Source of the DNA: Bacilli bacterium | GTDB taxonomy: Bacteria; Bacillota_I; Bacilli_A; RF39; UBA660 | NCBI GenBank assembly: GCA_017612805.1 | Contig: JAGAFD010000008.1 | Location: 41,413-105,412 of the forward strand | Reading direction: 5' to 3' | DNA: 64,000 bases | Part shown: positions 1 to 9,127 of the stretch, piece by piece | Layout: every line of letters starts with the position of its first letter | Position numbering within the stretch: position 1 is the first letter of the stretch | Notes under the pieces: model-generated | The model's database searches: none | The model's input: the letters and a program-made list of their open reading frames with translations, nothing else | What the model was told of the DNA's origin: nothing | Program-made: the position numbers and the translations under genes

Positions 1-1461
1 ACAATTGAGTTTATTTTAAATAAATTTAATATTACTTTTAAATATCGTTTTTTAATAATTATATTATTTTTATTATGTTTGTTATTTTTAACTAATTATC
101 CGGCTAGTTTATTAAGAGCAAGTTTATTTTATTTTTTATTACAATTAAATAAATGCTTTAAGTTAGTAGATAGTAGTAGTAAAGTTTTAAAATATGTTTT
201 GATTATTTTATTATTAATTGATAGTCATATTATCTTTAATTTAGGTTTTATATATAGCTATCTTTGTACTTATGTATTAGTTAATATAACGTATCCGAAG
301 AATAAGGTTTTATCTTTATTAAAGGTTAGTTTGATGACTTTTATAGCAACGGCATTAATTAATATCCTTTTGAACAATGAACTTAATATATTTAGCATCA
401 TATGTAATTTAATATTAGTTCCTTATATGACTTATTTATTATTACCGGTCTTGTTAATAAGCGTTATTATTCCTTATATTAATCCTTTTGTTAGTTTATT
501 AATTAATCTTTTTAACAAACTTAATTATTTATTTGATGCCATTACTATTTTTAAAGTAGTGATGCCTAAATATCATGTTTTCTTTTTAATTAGTTATTAT
601 ATTATTTTAATTATTTATTTAAAGCTTAAGAAAGGCTTAACATTATTATTGATTATTTTATTATTAATTAAGATAATGCCTTATTTTAATAATAGTTATG
701 AAATCTATTATTTGGATGTTGGTCAAGGGGATTCAACATTAATAAAATATCCTTATCAAGATAAAGTTATTCTGATTGACACTGGCGGTAAGATTAAGTT
801 TAATAATGATTTTACTTTTACTAAAAAGTATCAAGATATTGATAGTACTATAAAATTAATTAAGAGTTTAGGTTTTAAAAAGCTAGATTATTTAATAATT
901 ACCCATGGGGACTTTGACCATATGGGTGAAGTAATTAATTTAGTAGAAAGTTTTAAAGTGGATAAGGTTATCTTTAATTGTGGTGAATTTAATGAATTAG
1001 AGAGGAATTTAATTGATATTCTTGCAAAAAAACATATTCTTTATGAAATATGTATCAAAAAGCTTGATAATCTAACTTTTCTACAAACCCAGGAATTTGC
1101 TAACGAAAATGATAATAGTAATGTTATCTATACAGAAATCAATGGTTATAAGTTTATGTTTATGGGAGATGCTGGGGTTACTACTGAAAAAGAGATATTA
1201 AATAAATATAATTTATCTGATATAGATGTTTTAAAAGTAGGGCATCATGGATCTAAAACAAGTAGCAGTAAAACATTTATTAATAAAATGAATCCTAAAT
1301 ATTCCATTATTAGTGTTGGTAAAAATAATAGATATGGTCATCCAAATAAAGAAGTGTTAAATAGTTTAAAAGATTCAAAAATATATAGAACAGATCAGGA
1401 TGGTAGCATTATGTTTAAGATTAAAAATAATAAATTACAAATAGAAACATGTACACCGTAG
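1..1461 (+). CDS. comEC: ComEC/Rec2 DNA-uptake channel protein, 5'-truncated by the window edge
   Basis: The frame is open from nt 1, so the track start at 79 is an internal TTG. A polytopic membrane part is followed by a metallo-beta-lactamase domain (YYLDVGQGDSTLI, ILIDTGG, ITHGDFDHMGE, VGHHGSKTS). holA lies downstream, as in Bacilli. Confidence 0.85.
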   Translation, partial: TIEFILNKFNITFKYRFLIIILFLLCLLFLTNYPASLLRASLFYFLLQLNKCFKLVDSSSKVLKYVLIILLLIDSHIIFNLGFIYSYLCTYVLVNITYPKNKVLSLLKVSLMTFIATALINILLNNELNIFSIICNLILVPYMTYLLLPVLLISVIIPYINPFVSLLINLFNKLNYLFDAITIFKVVMPKYHVFFLISYYIILIIYLKLKKGLTLLLIILLLIKIMPYFNNSYEIYYLDVGQGDSTLIKYPYQDKVILIDTGGKIKFNNDFTFTKKYQDIDSTIKLIKSLGFKKLDYLIITHGDFDHMGEVINLVESFKVDKVIFNCGEFNELERNLIDILAKKHILYEICIKKLDNLTFLQTQEFANENDNSNVIYTEINGYKFMFMGDAGVTTEKEILNKYNLSDIDVLKVGHHGSKTSSSKTFINKMNPKYSIISVGKNNRYGHPNKEVLNSLKDSKIYRTDQDGSIMFKIKNNKLQIETCTP

Positions 1462-1473
1462 AAAGGAGTAGAT

Positions 1474-2364
1474 ATGAATTATTATAATGAAATAAAAGAA
1501 AATCTAATAAAAAGTGAAATATATGACAAAGCAAAGGATTATTCAAAAGATAGACATAAAGTTAGTGTATATTTTGAAACTGGCAAACTTTTAAGTGAAG
1601 CGGGTAAAGAATACGGTAAAAATATAATTAAACAATATTCTAAAAACCTAATGATAGAAGTTGGTAAAAAATATAATGAAAGAACACTTTATGGAATGAG
1701 AAAATTTTATGAAGTATTTAGCAATGAAAAATTGAACCCACTGGGTTCAAAATTGAGCTGGAGTCATTATAGAGAGTTAATTACAATTAAAAGCATTGAT
1801 GAAATTATATATTATATTTATATTTGTGAGAAGAACAACTTATCAAAAAGGCAATTACAAGAAAGAATAAAAAGTAAAGAATATGATAGATTAAGTAGTG
1901 AAACAAAAAATAAACTAATCACTAAAGAATCATTAAAAGTTAATGATTTAGTACCTAATCCAATAATTATAAAAACAAATAATAAGAAAGAAGAATTAAC
2001 TGAATATGCATTAAAGCAATCGATATTAAATAACTTAGATGATTTTTTAGTACAGTTGGGTATTTATTCTACCTATGTTGGTAATGAATATAAGATTAAA
2101 GTAGGTAATACATATAATTACATAGATTTACTTCTTTATAATATTAAATATAAGTGCTATGTGGTTGTAGAACTAAAAGTTACTGAACTAAAGAAAGAAC
2201 ATACAGGTCAAATTATGACATATATGAACTATATAGATAATAATATTAAAACTATTCAAGAAAATGATACAGTGGGTATTATTATCTGTAGGCAAGATAA
2301 TGAATATGTAATTAAATATTGTTCGGATGAAAGAATAATTGCTAGAGAATATGAATTAGTTTGA
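1474..2364 (+). CDS. YhcG/DUF1016-family PD-(D/E)XK nuclease
   Basis: GAAAGGAG RBS; the start is only 12 nt after the comEC stop. The N-terminal part looks YhcG-like (YG..I..YS, TLYGMRKFYEVF, KLSWSHYRELI). The C-terminal core is restriction-endonuclease-like (YIDLLLYN ... VVVELKV, i.e. D...ExK). Confidence 0.8.
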   Translation: MNYYNEIKENLIKSEIYDKAKDYSKDRHKVSVYFETGKLLSEAGKEYGKNIIKQYSKNLMIEVGKKYNERTLYGMRKFYEVFSNEKLNPLGSKLSWSHYRELITIKSIDEIIYYIYICEKNNLSKRQLQERIKSKEYDRLSSETKNKLITKESLKVNDLVPNPIIIKTNNKKEELTEYALKQSILNNLDDFLVQLGIYSTYVGNEYKIKVGNTYNYIDLLLYNIKYKCYVVVELKVTELKKEHTGQIMTYMNYIDNNIKTIQENDTVGIIICRQDNEYVIKYCSDERIIAREYELV

Positions 2365-2390
2365 TATAATAAATATAGGATGTGATTATA

Positions 2391-2945
2391 ATGGTAAACA
2401 TTTATAATGAAGGAGAAACAATTAAATGTTTTGATGGAACAAATATTCCTAAAATGAAAATAATTAATAATAGTGTATATAAAGTAATAGAAACTGACAA
2501 ATCATCAGTAGGAAAATCCGGCATTCCATTTATGGAACCTATTGTTATGGAATATGCAAGAAGAATGGGATTGCCGGCACCATTGGTTACTGATTTATTT
2601 GTTCAGAATGGTCAATATATTTTTGCAACCAAATTACTTGATTATGTTTCTGGAAAAAAACTGTTGGAAACATATCCAAATATAAAAGAAGATTTATTAC
2701 AATTAGCCGAACAATTAAGGCAAAAATATGAAAATTGTGGTTTAGTAAGAAAAATGGATTTAAAAGATATGCTTTTTAAAATTGAAAATGGTGAAATAAA
2801 AGATATAATTCCAGTAGATTTTGAAAGATTAAAATATAATGAGAAATTGAATTGGAATCTCATTTTTCAAATTTGTGAAGAGTGGAACATTGATTTACCA
2901 CAGCAATATATTGAAATAGGTAAAAGAAATAAGATTGTATTTTAA
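2391..2945 (+). CDS. Hypothetical protein, possibly a miniature protein-kinase-like fold (Bud32/RIO/APH-like)
   Basis: ATG 2391 follows TGATATAAT (2362-2370) and AGGA. The motif order resembles a kinase: VYKVIE (beta3-like), a hinge-like LLDYVSGKKL, MDLKDMLF (catalytic-loop-like) and IIPVDFERL (DFG-like). This is pattern-level only. Confidence 0.35.
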   Translation: MVNIYNEGETIKCFDGTNIPKMKIINNSVYKVIETDKSSVGKSGIPFMEPIVMEYARRMGLPAPLVTDLFVQNGQYIFATKLLDYVSGKKLLETYPNIKEDLLQLAEQLRQKYENCGLVRKMDLKDMLFKIENGEIKDIIPVDFERLKYNEKLNWNLIFQICEEWNIDLPQQYIEIGKRNKIVF

Positions 2946-2975
2946 CTGTAATTTTTATAATTGCAGTTTTTAATT
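2944..2975 (+). terminator. Putative intrinsic terminator
   Basis: AACTGTAAT/ATTGCAGTT hairpin with one G-U pair, followed by a T-rich run. It lies inside the N-terminal extension that the ORF track gives the next gene. Confidence 0.45.
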
Positions 2976-3053
2976 TTAAAAAAAGCAGAATATTCAAACA
3001 AACGTTTGCAAATAAATAATTGCTTGTTATCATTGATTTATAGGAGTGATAAC

Positions 3054-4034
3054 ATGAAAAAAGAAGGAACTTTTAAAGATAATATTGATGGGACAATTAA
3101 AAACGTTTATATCGGTGATAATAAAATTATTGAAATATCAGATTTATTTAATAATCAAAAACGTGATGTAGTATGTGTACCAACTCATAATTTTTGCTCA
3201 TTGGGATGTAAGATGTGTCATTTGACTAATAACAAATTAAATAAAAGTATGAATCCGATTTGCTATGATGATTTTATTGAATGTTTATTAGATTCTTTAA
3301 CTTATTTTGATCATAAAGAAAATTTACTTATTTCGTTTATGGGAGTTGGTGAGCCACAATTAAATTTAGCATTAATTAAAGATGTTTTTCTTAATGAGGA
3401 TATTATTAAGGAGGCGTGTCATTACAGAAATATTGGTTATTCGCTTTCGACAATGATGCCTTTTGATAATATTGATAAGTTAATTAGTATTGTTTATTCC
3501 AATAATATTCCGTTAAAGCTGCATTTTTCTCTTCATAGCCCCATTGATGAAAAGAGAAGCGAATTAATACCTGCTACTAAAGTAAATGTTAGGGATGCCC
3601 TTCAGTTATTAGCTGATTATCGAAAAATAATGAATCAAAATGAATTTATTAAAAAAGAATACGGGAAGTTTCATGATAATTATGATTTCATGGAAATACA
3701 TTATACTTTAATTGATAACGTGAATGATTCGGATGACGAATTAGCTTTGTTATATGATTTATTAAGCGAATTTAAAATTCCTATTAAGTTTATTAGCTTT
3801 AATCCTAAAGATGATTTAAAAAAGAGTAATAATGAAGAAAAATGGATAAAAAAATTAAGTGAAATTGAAGGATTAATTGTAAAAAGGTATTGCCCTCCAG
3901 GTAGAGAAGTTGGCTCTTCTTGTGGCGAATTTACAAAGCATTATTATCATGAAGAAATTGAAACGAAAGAAGAGTTAGCGGAATTTGAAAATTGGAAAAG
4001 AATTCATGAATTAAAATTAAAAAGGCAATATTAA
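3054..4034 (+). CDS. RlmN/Cfr-family radical SAM rRNA/tRNA methyl synthase-like enzyme, with a short N-terminus
   Basis: AGGAG lies 7 nt before ATG 3054. Family blocks are collinear: VCVPTHNFCSLGCKMC (mechanistic Cys plus CX3CX2C), ISFMGVGEP, LSTMMP, HFSLHSPIDEKRSELIP, IHYTLIDNVNDS, IKFISFNP and the C-terminal GSSCGEF. Confidence 0.75.
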   Translation: MKKEGTFKDNIDGTIKNVYIGDNKIIEISDLFNNQKRDVVCVPTHNFCSLGCKMCHLTNNKLNKSMNPICYDDFIECLLDSLTYFDHKENLLISFMGVGEPQLNLALIKDVFLNEDIIKEACHYRNIGYSLSTMMPFDNIDKLISIVYSNNIPLKLHFSLHSPIDEKRSELIPATKVNVRDALQLLADYRKIMNQNEFIKKEYGKFHDNYDFMEIHYTLIDNVNDSDDELALLYDLLSEFKIPIKFISFNPKDDLKKSNNEEKWIKKLSEIEGLIVKRYCPPGREVGSSCGEFTKHYYHEEIETKEELAEFENWKRIHELKLKRQY

Positions 4035-4043
4035 TTGCCTTTT
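4020..4043. terminator. Bidirectional intrinsic terminator shared by convergent genes
   Basis: Perfect palindrome AAAAGGCAAT-atta-ATTGCCTTTT flanked by an A-run and a T-run. Both stop codons lie inside the loop. Confidence 0.6.
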
Positions 4044-4618
4044 TTAATTAAACAATATGCTTTATCATCCTTTGTATCATATTCAAAAGAATATATTTCC
4101 TCACCAAAACCATCATTTATATAATTAACTAACTTCAACCAGCTATTATACATATCTTTGGCATTTTCTATATCAACACATTTACCAAAGAATTGACTCA
4201 TATTGGGATGTCTAGCAGTAGCATATAATATTTCTTGGATATGTTCTTTACAATTCATATCATGACCAATAATTACATCAAAATCATTAATAGTAGGGAC
4301 ATCATATATATGTCTTTTGTATGGTATTAAAACTTGTGAATGTAAGAATCTAGCATCATTAGCGATTGATTTAGGAACAAAAATGTTACCCCATTGATCT
4401 AAGTATCCATTCGCACCATTGATTCCCATATTATCAAGTTCGCTATATACTACTTTTTTAGATAATAAGTATTGATCATATTTTGTTAAATATTGTGACA
4501 TTGAGTTATTTGCAGGTTGAAATAACTCCAAAATTTTTGCATAATCATTAGGATTAAATCCTTGTGATTTTAAATAATCGTAGAATAATTCAGTTTTACT
4601 TAACACTTTCTTTTCCAC
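4031..4618 (-). CDS. Hypothetical cytoplasmic protein (195 aa)
   Basis: Long ORF with a GGGGGAAAT-type RBS region upstream of the ATG. I recognise no family motif. It is the only minus-strand gene in the comEC-holA insertion. Confidence 0.5.
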   Translation of the reverse strand: MEKKVLSKTELFYDYLKSQGFNPNDYAKILELFQPANNSMSQYLTKYDQYLLSKKVVYSELDNMGINGANGYLDQWGNIFVPKSIANDARFLHSQVLIPYKRHIYDVPTINDFDVIIGHDMNCKEHIQEILYATARHPNMSQFFGKCVDIENAKDMYNSWLKLVNYINDGFGEEIYSFEYDTKDDKAYCLIKKGN

Positions 4619-4723
4619 ATTATTTCCCCCTTTATTTGACTTGATATTCTAGCATATTTGTTCGCTTTTGTCAATTTAGCGTCTTATTTATCATTTGTGG
4701 TATAATTGAAATAGGTGATTTAT

Positions 4724-5161
4724 ATGCAAATAGTAATAGATGATTTGATAACTGATGAATTAAAAACTTATTTATTATCACAAGATGGTATAGATGAAGT
4801 AAATATAGCTAGAAAAGATTTTTTGGTGACATTGGATGTTAAATATAATGAAAAAATAACTCCTTATATTATAATGAAACATATTGAATTATTTCAAAAA
4901 AATAAGTTTCCGATTGTATTTGAATTTAATAAAGGACAATATCAAAATATCAAAGAATTAAAATATACTATTGATGATATGTGTTGCGAGTATTGTTATA
5001 AAGGTTTAGTTAAAGATTTATTTGATAATGAGTACATTAATGCTGTTAAGTCTAATTTTAAATATGATGAACCAGCTTTTAATATTGAATTTACTATTGA
5101 ATATGATAATAGTTACAGTGAAGATGATTTAATTAAATATATTAAAGATAAATATAGGTAA
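4724..5161 (+). CDS. Hypothetical protein with two ferredoxin/HMA-like halves; the second carries MCCEYC
   Basis: AGGTGA lies 5 nt before ATG 4724, and TGGTATAAT sits at 4698-4706. DDMCCEYCYKGLVKDL resembles the metal-binding loop of heavy-metal-associated domains. The assignment is weak. Confidence 0.35.
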   Translation: MQIVIDDLITDELKTYLLSQDGIDEVNIARKDFLVTLDVKYNEKITPYIIMKHIELFQKNKFPIVFEFNKGQYQNIKELKYTIDDMCCEYCYKGLVKDLFDNEYINAVKSNFKYDEPAFNIEFTIEYDNSYSEDDLIKYIKDKYR

Positions 5162-5247
5162 TTTTTATTAAGAAGTTTACATTATTATTTACATGTCTTT
5201 GATTTGGTAAATACATATATGCTATAATTTTAATGGTGGAATAAGAT

Positions 5248-6366
5248 ATGGATAATAAAGTTTTAGATAAAACTAAATTTAATATTTTTAATTTTTTATC
5301 TACTTTTGCACGTAGTTTAATTGAAATATTTATTGCTCTTTATTTATTTAATAATGGGTTTAGTATTAATGCTATTATTATTTTTTATTTATTTGAAAAC
5401 TTTTTTTCAATATTTTTATCTTATATCTTTGTTAGAATTGGTAAAAGCTTTCATTATGCCATTCCTATGTTTATAGGAATAACAGCATTTATTGGTTTAC
5501 AATTTTTATTAAAAAATTGCCATAATACATTTTATTTTATCTTATTGACTTCATTTATTTATGCTTTATATCGTCGTGGTTATTGGGTATCAAGAAGATT
5601 TTATATCACTAACATTATGCCCAAAAAGAAGTCTTCAGGATCATTTAGTATTATGATAGTTGTTGGACAGTTAGGTTCTATTTTTGCTGGTTATTTAGGT
5701 TCTTTATGCTTAGATAACTTAAATATATTATATTTAACGATTATATCTTCAATCTTACTTTTAATTAGTGTTATTCCATTAATCTTAATTAAATATGAAA
5801 AAACTAATGAACCAATTAATTTAATGGATAGTATTAAAAAATATAAAAAACCTAATTACTTAGCATTTTCATTATATGAACTTACTAATTTATTAGATTT
5901 TATCTTTCCAATATATATTGCAATCTATATTAAAAATACATATATGATGGCTGGAACAATTAATGCTATATCTAATATTGCTGTAATCATTTTTGTATTA
6001 CTTTATGGCCGTATTATTAAAAATAAAAACTACTTTGTATTAAGTAGTATCTTATTAATAATGGTTAGTTTATCAAAGTTATTTATGGCTAATATCTTTA
6101 TTTTAATTATCTATTTTGTTGATGGTTTAGTTAAAAAAATGCAAAACCAATCAGTAAACAAAATATATTTTGAAAACCAAGGTAATATGGATTATACCCA
6201 TTATAATTTAGTTTATCAAATTATTGAATCAACAATTAGAACCATAGTTGCTATTCCTTTGTTGTTTATTAATAATTTAAAAGTAATGATTGTGGTAGTT
6301 ATTATGGTAATAACTATTGAGCTAATTATTTATTTAATTATTAAAAAAGATGAAGTATTAAATTAG
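5248..6366 (+). CDS. Polytopic membrane protein, MFS-like transporter suspected
   Basis: About 10-12 hydrophobic segments across 372 aa, with a short basic loop (YRRGYWVSRRFY) after TM2-3, as in MFS proteins. There is no sharper motif. Confidence 0.4.
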   Translation: MDNKVLDKTKFNIFNFLSTFARSLIEIFIALYLFNNGFSINAIIIFYLFENFFSIFLSYIFVRIGKSFHYAIPMFIGITAFIGLQFLLKNCHNTFYFILLTSFIYALYRRGYWVSRRFYITNIMPKKKSSGSFSIMIVVGQLGSIFAGYLGSLCLDNLNILYLTIISSILLLISVIPLILIKYEKTNEPINLMDSIKKYKKPNYLAFSLYELTNLLDFIFPIYIAIYIKNTYMMAGTINAISNIAVIIFVLLYGRIIKNKNYFVLSSILLIMVSLSKLFMANIFILIIYFVDGLVKKMQNQSVNKIYFENQGNMDYTHYNLVYQIIESTIRTIVAIPLLFINNLKVMIVVVIMVITIELIIYLIIKKDEVLN

Positions 6367-6472
6367 TTAAAAATTACATATAATATAATACACTACTAGT
6401 TAGTGTTTAGATAGATTGGGAAATAGTTTTTATTTCCCTTTTTTTATTGTATAATTAAAGAGGTGAGCTTAC

Positions 6473-7357
6473 ATGAATTATTTAATTATGGGTAATTCAA
6501 ATCGGATTATTAAAGATGAAATAGCAAAGATTGTTAAAAATAATTTAAAAGAAGTTTTTAATTATAATGATTTGGATTTAAAAGATTTTATTATTGATAT
6601 TAATACGGTAGATCTATTTGATACGGATAAATACTTTGTAGTTTATGAAACTAAATTTAGTAAAGGTGATATAGAACTATTGCAACCAATACTAGATAAT
6701 CCAACTAGTAATCATATAATTTTTGTAAGTAATGAAAAAATAAGCAATAAATTAAATTTAGAAGTAATTGATTTAACTAATTTAAATTTTAAAGATTTTA
6801 AACCAATGGTACAAACGTATTTAAAAAAGTTTGGTTATAAAATTAGTGATAATGATTTGTTTTATATTATGGAAACTTGTTTATATAACTATGATTTAAT
6901 TTTAAATGAGATTGATAAATTAATGTTATATTATAGCAATCCATGTTTATTTAAAAGTGATGATATTAAAAAGATTGTAAGTCGTAATATTGTTGATAAT
7001 ACTAATAAGTTATTTTTAAGTATTTTAAAGAAAGACTACTTACAAATTGATAAGATTTATCGTGATTTAAGATTATTAAAGATTGATAATTATGCATTAA
7101 CGACAATCTTAGGTAAAAACTTTAGTGATTATTTAATGGTTTTAGAAATGAGTAAACGCGGTAATAGTAAAAAGGATATGGAAAGTGCAACGGGTTTAAA
7201 AACTTATACCATTGATAATTATTTAAAATATAGTAATGCTTTTGATATCGATACCGTTAAAGAAATTATTGTTGATTTAGCAAATATAGATTATTCATTA
7301 AAAATCGGGGATATGAAAGAAGATCACGCGTTAGATAAATTATTAATTGAAATATAA
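6473..7357 (+). CDS. holA: DNA polymerase III delta subunit
   Basis: GAGGTGA RBS. It sits downstream of comEC and has a delta-like N-terminus (YLIMGNS...) and C-terminal helical domain (LTTILGKNF...ATGLKTYTIDNYL...LANIDYSLKIG). Confidence 0.65.
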   Translation: MNYLIMGNSNRIIKDEIAKIVKNNLKEVFNYNDLDLKDFIIDINTVDLFDTDKYFVVYETKFSKGDIELLQPILDNPTSNHIIFVSNEKISNKLNLEVIDLTNLNFKDFKPMVQTYLKKFGYKISDNDLFYIMETCLYNYDLILNEIDKLMLYYSNPCLFKSDDIKKIVSRNIVDNTNKLFLSILKKDYLQIDKIYRDLRLLKIDNYALTTILGKNFSDYLMVLEMSKRGNSKKDMESATGLKTYTIDNYLKYSNAFDIDTVKEIIVDLANIDYSLKIGDMKEDHALDKLLIEI

Positions 7358-7385
7358 AAATACAAGGTTTAACCTTGTATTTTTT
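7356..7385. terminator. Bidirectional terminator between holA and rnhC
   Basis: AAAAATACAAGG-tttaa-CCTTGTATTTTT; both stop codons are adjacent to or inside the hairpin. Confidence 0.6.
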
Positions 7386-8301
7386 CAGTATTCTTAAAGT
7401 TTAGTTTAGCAATTTCATTTAATGTTTTTAATTGATCTTTATCATAGAATATTTTAGCAACTTTATCTACTTCATCAGATGCCCCTAGAGGAAGAATGGT
7501 GTTATATTTAGTAGATAATTCATGCATTTTCATTAAGAAGATGTAACGAGATATGACCGATGATGCGGCAACTGCTAAACATTTACTTTCACCTTTTGTA
7601 GTAAAGGTGATATTTCTTACTATTTCTTTAGCACCCGCTAAGTGTTCATAATATTTCTTTTCATAAACAAATTGATCAACAATAATCTTATCATAATCAA
7701 GATTGGGATTTTCTTTTAATAAATTACCTAGTGCTTTATTATGTAAGATAGCTTTAATTTTGTTCATGTTATATCCTTTAGCTTGCATTTCATTATAAGC
7801 TTTATTATCTAATATGAAGGTTGCATAAGGAATTTTTTTAATTAATAGAGGAGCAATCTTTTTAATTTGATCATCTGTTAATTTCTTACTATCTTTAACA
7901 CCTAGTTCATTTAAAAAACCCATATGACTTTTATTAACGTATGATGCAGTTACTACGATAGGTCCAAAGTAATCACCTGTTCCAACTTCATCAGAACCAA
8001 TGGTATTAATATTATAGTAAGTTATGGTATCCTTTTTATTTTCTTTTTTATCTTTTTTAGGATTTTCGTTTAAAACATCACGATTATTGAATCTTCTTTC
8101 TAAATCAATCCAGATATTAGCATCGATATCGGCACTAATGCCTTGAAACATGATTTTACCAGATTCATATAAAGTAATAACAGTATCAGCTTCTCTAGCT
8201 TGAAAAACACTATATGGAGGTTTTTTTAATACTTGTTTATCTTCGTAGTATTTTATTACTTTAGGTTTTAAATTATTGGATAGTTTAAATACGATTGTCA
8301 T
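7369..8301 (-). CDS. rnhC: Ribonuclease HIII
   Basis: IGSDEVGTGDYFGPIVV and DSKKLTD catalytic blocks, plus an N-terminal DUF3378-like KIMFQG segment. GGTGAT RBS sits before the internal ATG at 8301; the track start at 8346 is probably too long. Confidence 0.85.
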   Translation of the reverse strand: MTIVFKLSNNLKPKVIKYYEDKQVLKKPPYSVFQAREADTVITLYESGKIMFQGISADIDANIWIDLERRFNNRDVLNENPKKDKKENKKDTITYYNINTIGSDEVGTGDYFGPIVVTASYVNKSHMGFLNELGVKDSKKLTDDQIKKIAPLLIKKIPYATFILDNKAYNEMQAKGYNMNKIKAILHNKALGNLLKENPNLDYDKIIVDQFVYEKKYYEHLAGAKEIVRNITFTTKGESKCLAVAASSVISRYIFLMKMHELSTKYNTILPLGASDEVDKVAKIFYDKDQLKTLNEIAKLNFKNTEKIQG

Positions 8302-8392
8302 TAACATCACCAACTTCATTTTAACATAATCTTGTTTATTTTTCATTAATATTATTATATAATTAGTGTATATTAGTAAATGAAAGATAGGG

Positions 8393-9127
8393 ATGAATTC
8401 GATGGCTAATGTAATTGATGTAATTATTGTTTTAACTTTAATTATGGGCGTAGTACTTGGTTATAAATCAGGTTTCTTTAAAAGTTCTATTGAAGCTATT
8501 GGGGCAATAGCAGCAGTAATATTATCTTTTTATTTAAAGAACTTATTAGCACCAATTTTATTTAAGTTTTGTCCATTCTTTCATTTTAGTGGGGAATTTA
8601 AAGGTTTAACCGTATTGAATATTATTTTATATGAAGTAATTGCTTTCTTAATCATTTTTGCTTTATTGATTATTGTTGTTAAAGTGTTAGTTGAATTATC
8701 TGAAAAGTTTGAAAAAGTTTTAGATTTTACGATTATTTTAGGTATTCCATCAAAAATTCTAGGAGGGGTATTTGGTTTTATTGAAGCTTATTGTATTGTA
8801 TTTATTTTGTTATTTGTCTTTGCTCAATTATCTTTTTCTGCAATTGTATTACATGATTCTAAATTAACTAATCCAATATTATCACATACACCACTTTTAA
8901 GTAATATTACGAATAATTCTTATAGTGCTTTTAAAGAAGTATATAACATGCGTAAAAAGTATCGCAATAATAAAGATATTGAAGGTTATAACTTAGCTAG
9001 TTTGGATGTTATGTTAAAATATGAAATTGTAACCGTTGATGATGTTAAAGATTTAAAAAATCGTGGTAAATTGCAAATTAAAGGAATTGATAATGTTATC
9101 AATAAATATGAGGTGGAAAATGATTAA
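8393..9127 (+). CDS. cvpA: CvpA-family membrane protein
   Basis: The N-terminus (ANVIDVIIVLTLIMGVVLGYKSGFFKS) and four TM segments are typical of CvpA. It is divergent from rnhC, as in B. subtilis. Confidence 0.7.
   Translation: MNSMANVIDVIIVLTLIMGVVLGYKSGFFKSSIEAIGAIAAVILSFYLKNLLAPILFKFCPFFHFSGEFKGLTVLNIILYEVIAFLIIFALLIIVVKVLVELSEKFEKVLDFTIILGIPSKILGGVFGFIEAYCIVFILLFVFAQLSFSAIVLHDSKLTNPILSHTPLLSNITNNSYSAFKEVYNMRKKYRNNKDIEGYNLASLDVMLKYEIVTVDDVKDLKNRGKLQIKGIDNVINKYEVEND

Noticed and set aside
2961-3053. Long N-terminal extensions in the ORF track. Examples are 2961 for the radical SAM gene, 25891 for the Gly-rich pilin, 8346 for rnhC, 9063 for trxA, 24442 for the LysM protein and 18834 for the small ORF.
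   Set aside because: The extensions run through terminator hairpins or promoter elements or overlap upstream genes, and internal ATGs with proper Shine-Dalgarno spacing give N-termini that match the families.
3054-4034. The radical SAM enzyme as a prokaryotic viperin or other defence-type radical SAM.
   Set aside because: Collinear RlmN/Cfr-specific blocks (MGxGEP, SLHxP, NDS, FNP and the C-terminal xxCGxx with the extra mechanistic Cys) fit the methyl synthase family and not viperin.
1474-6366. The comEC-holA insertion as a mobile genetic element or defence island.
   Set aside because: There are no recombinase or transposase genes, no flanking direct or inverted repeats that I could find, and no obvious compositional shift. 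It is kept as a finding only as an accessory insertion of unknown origin.
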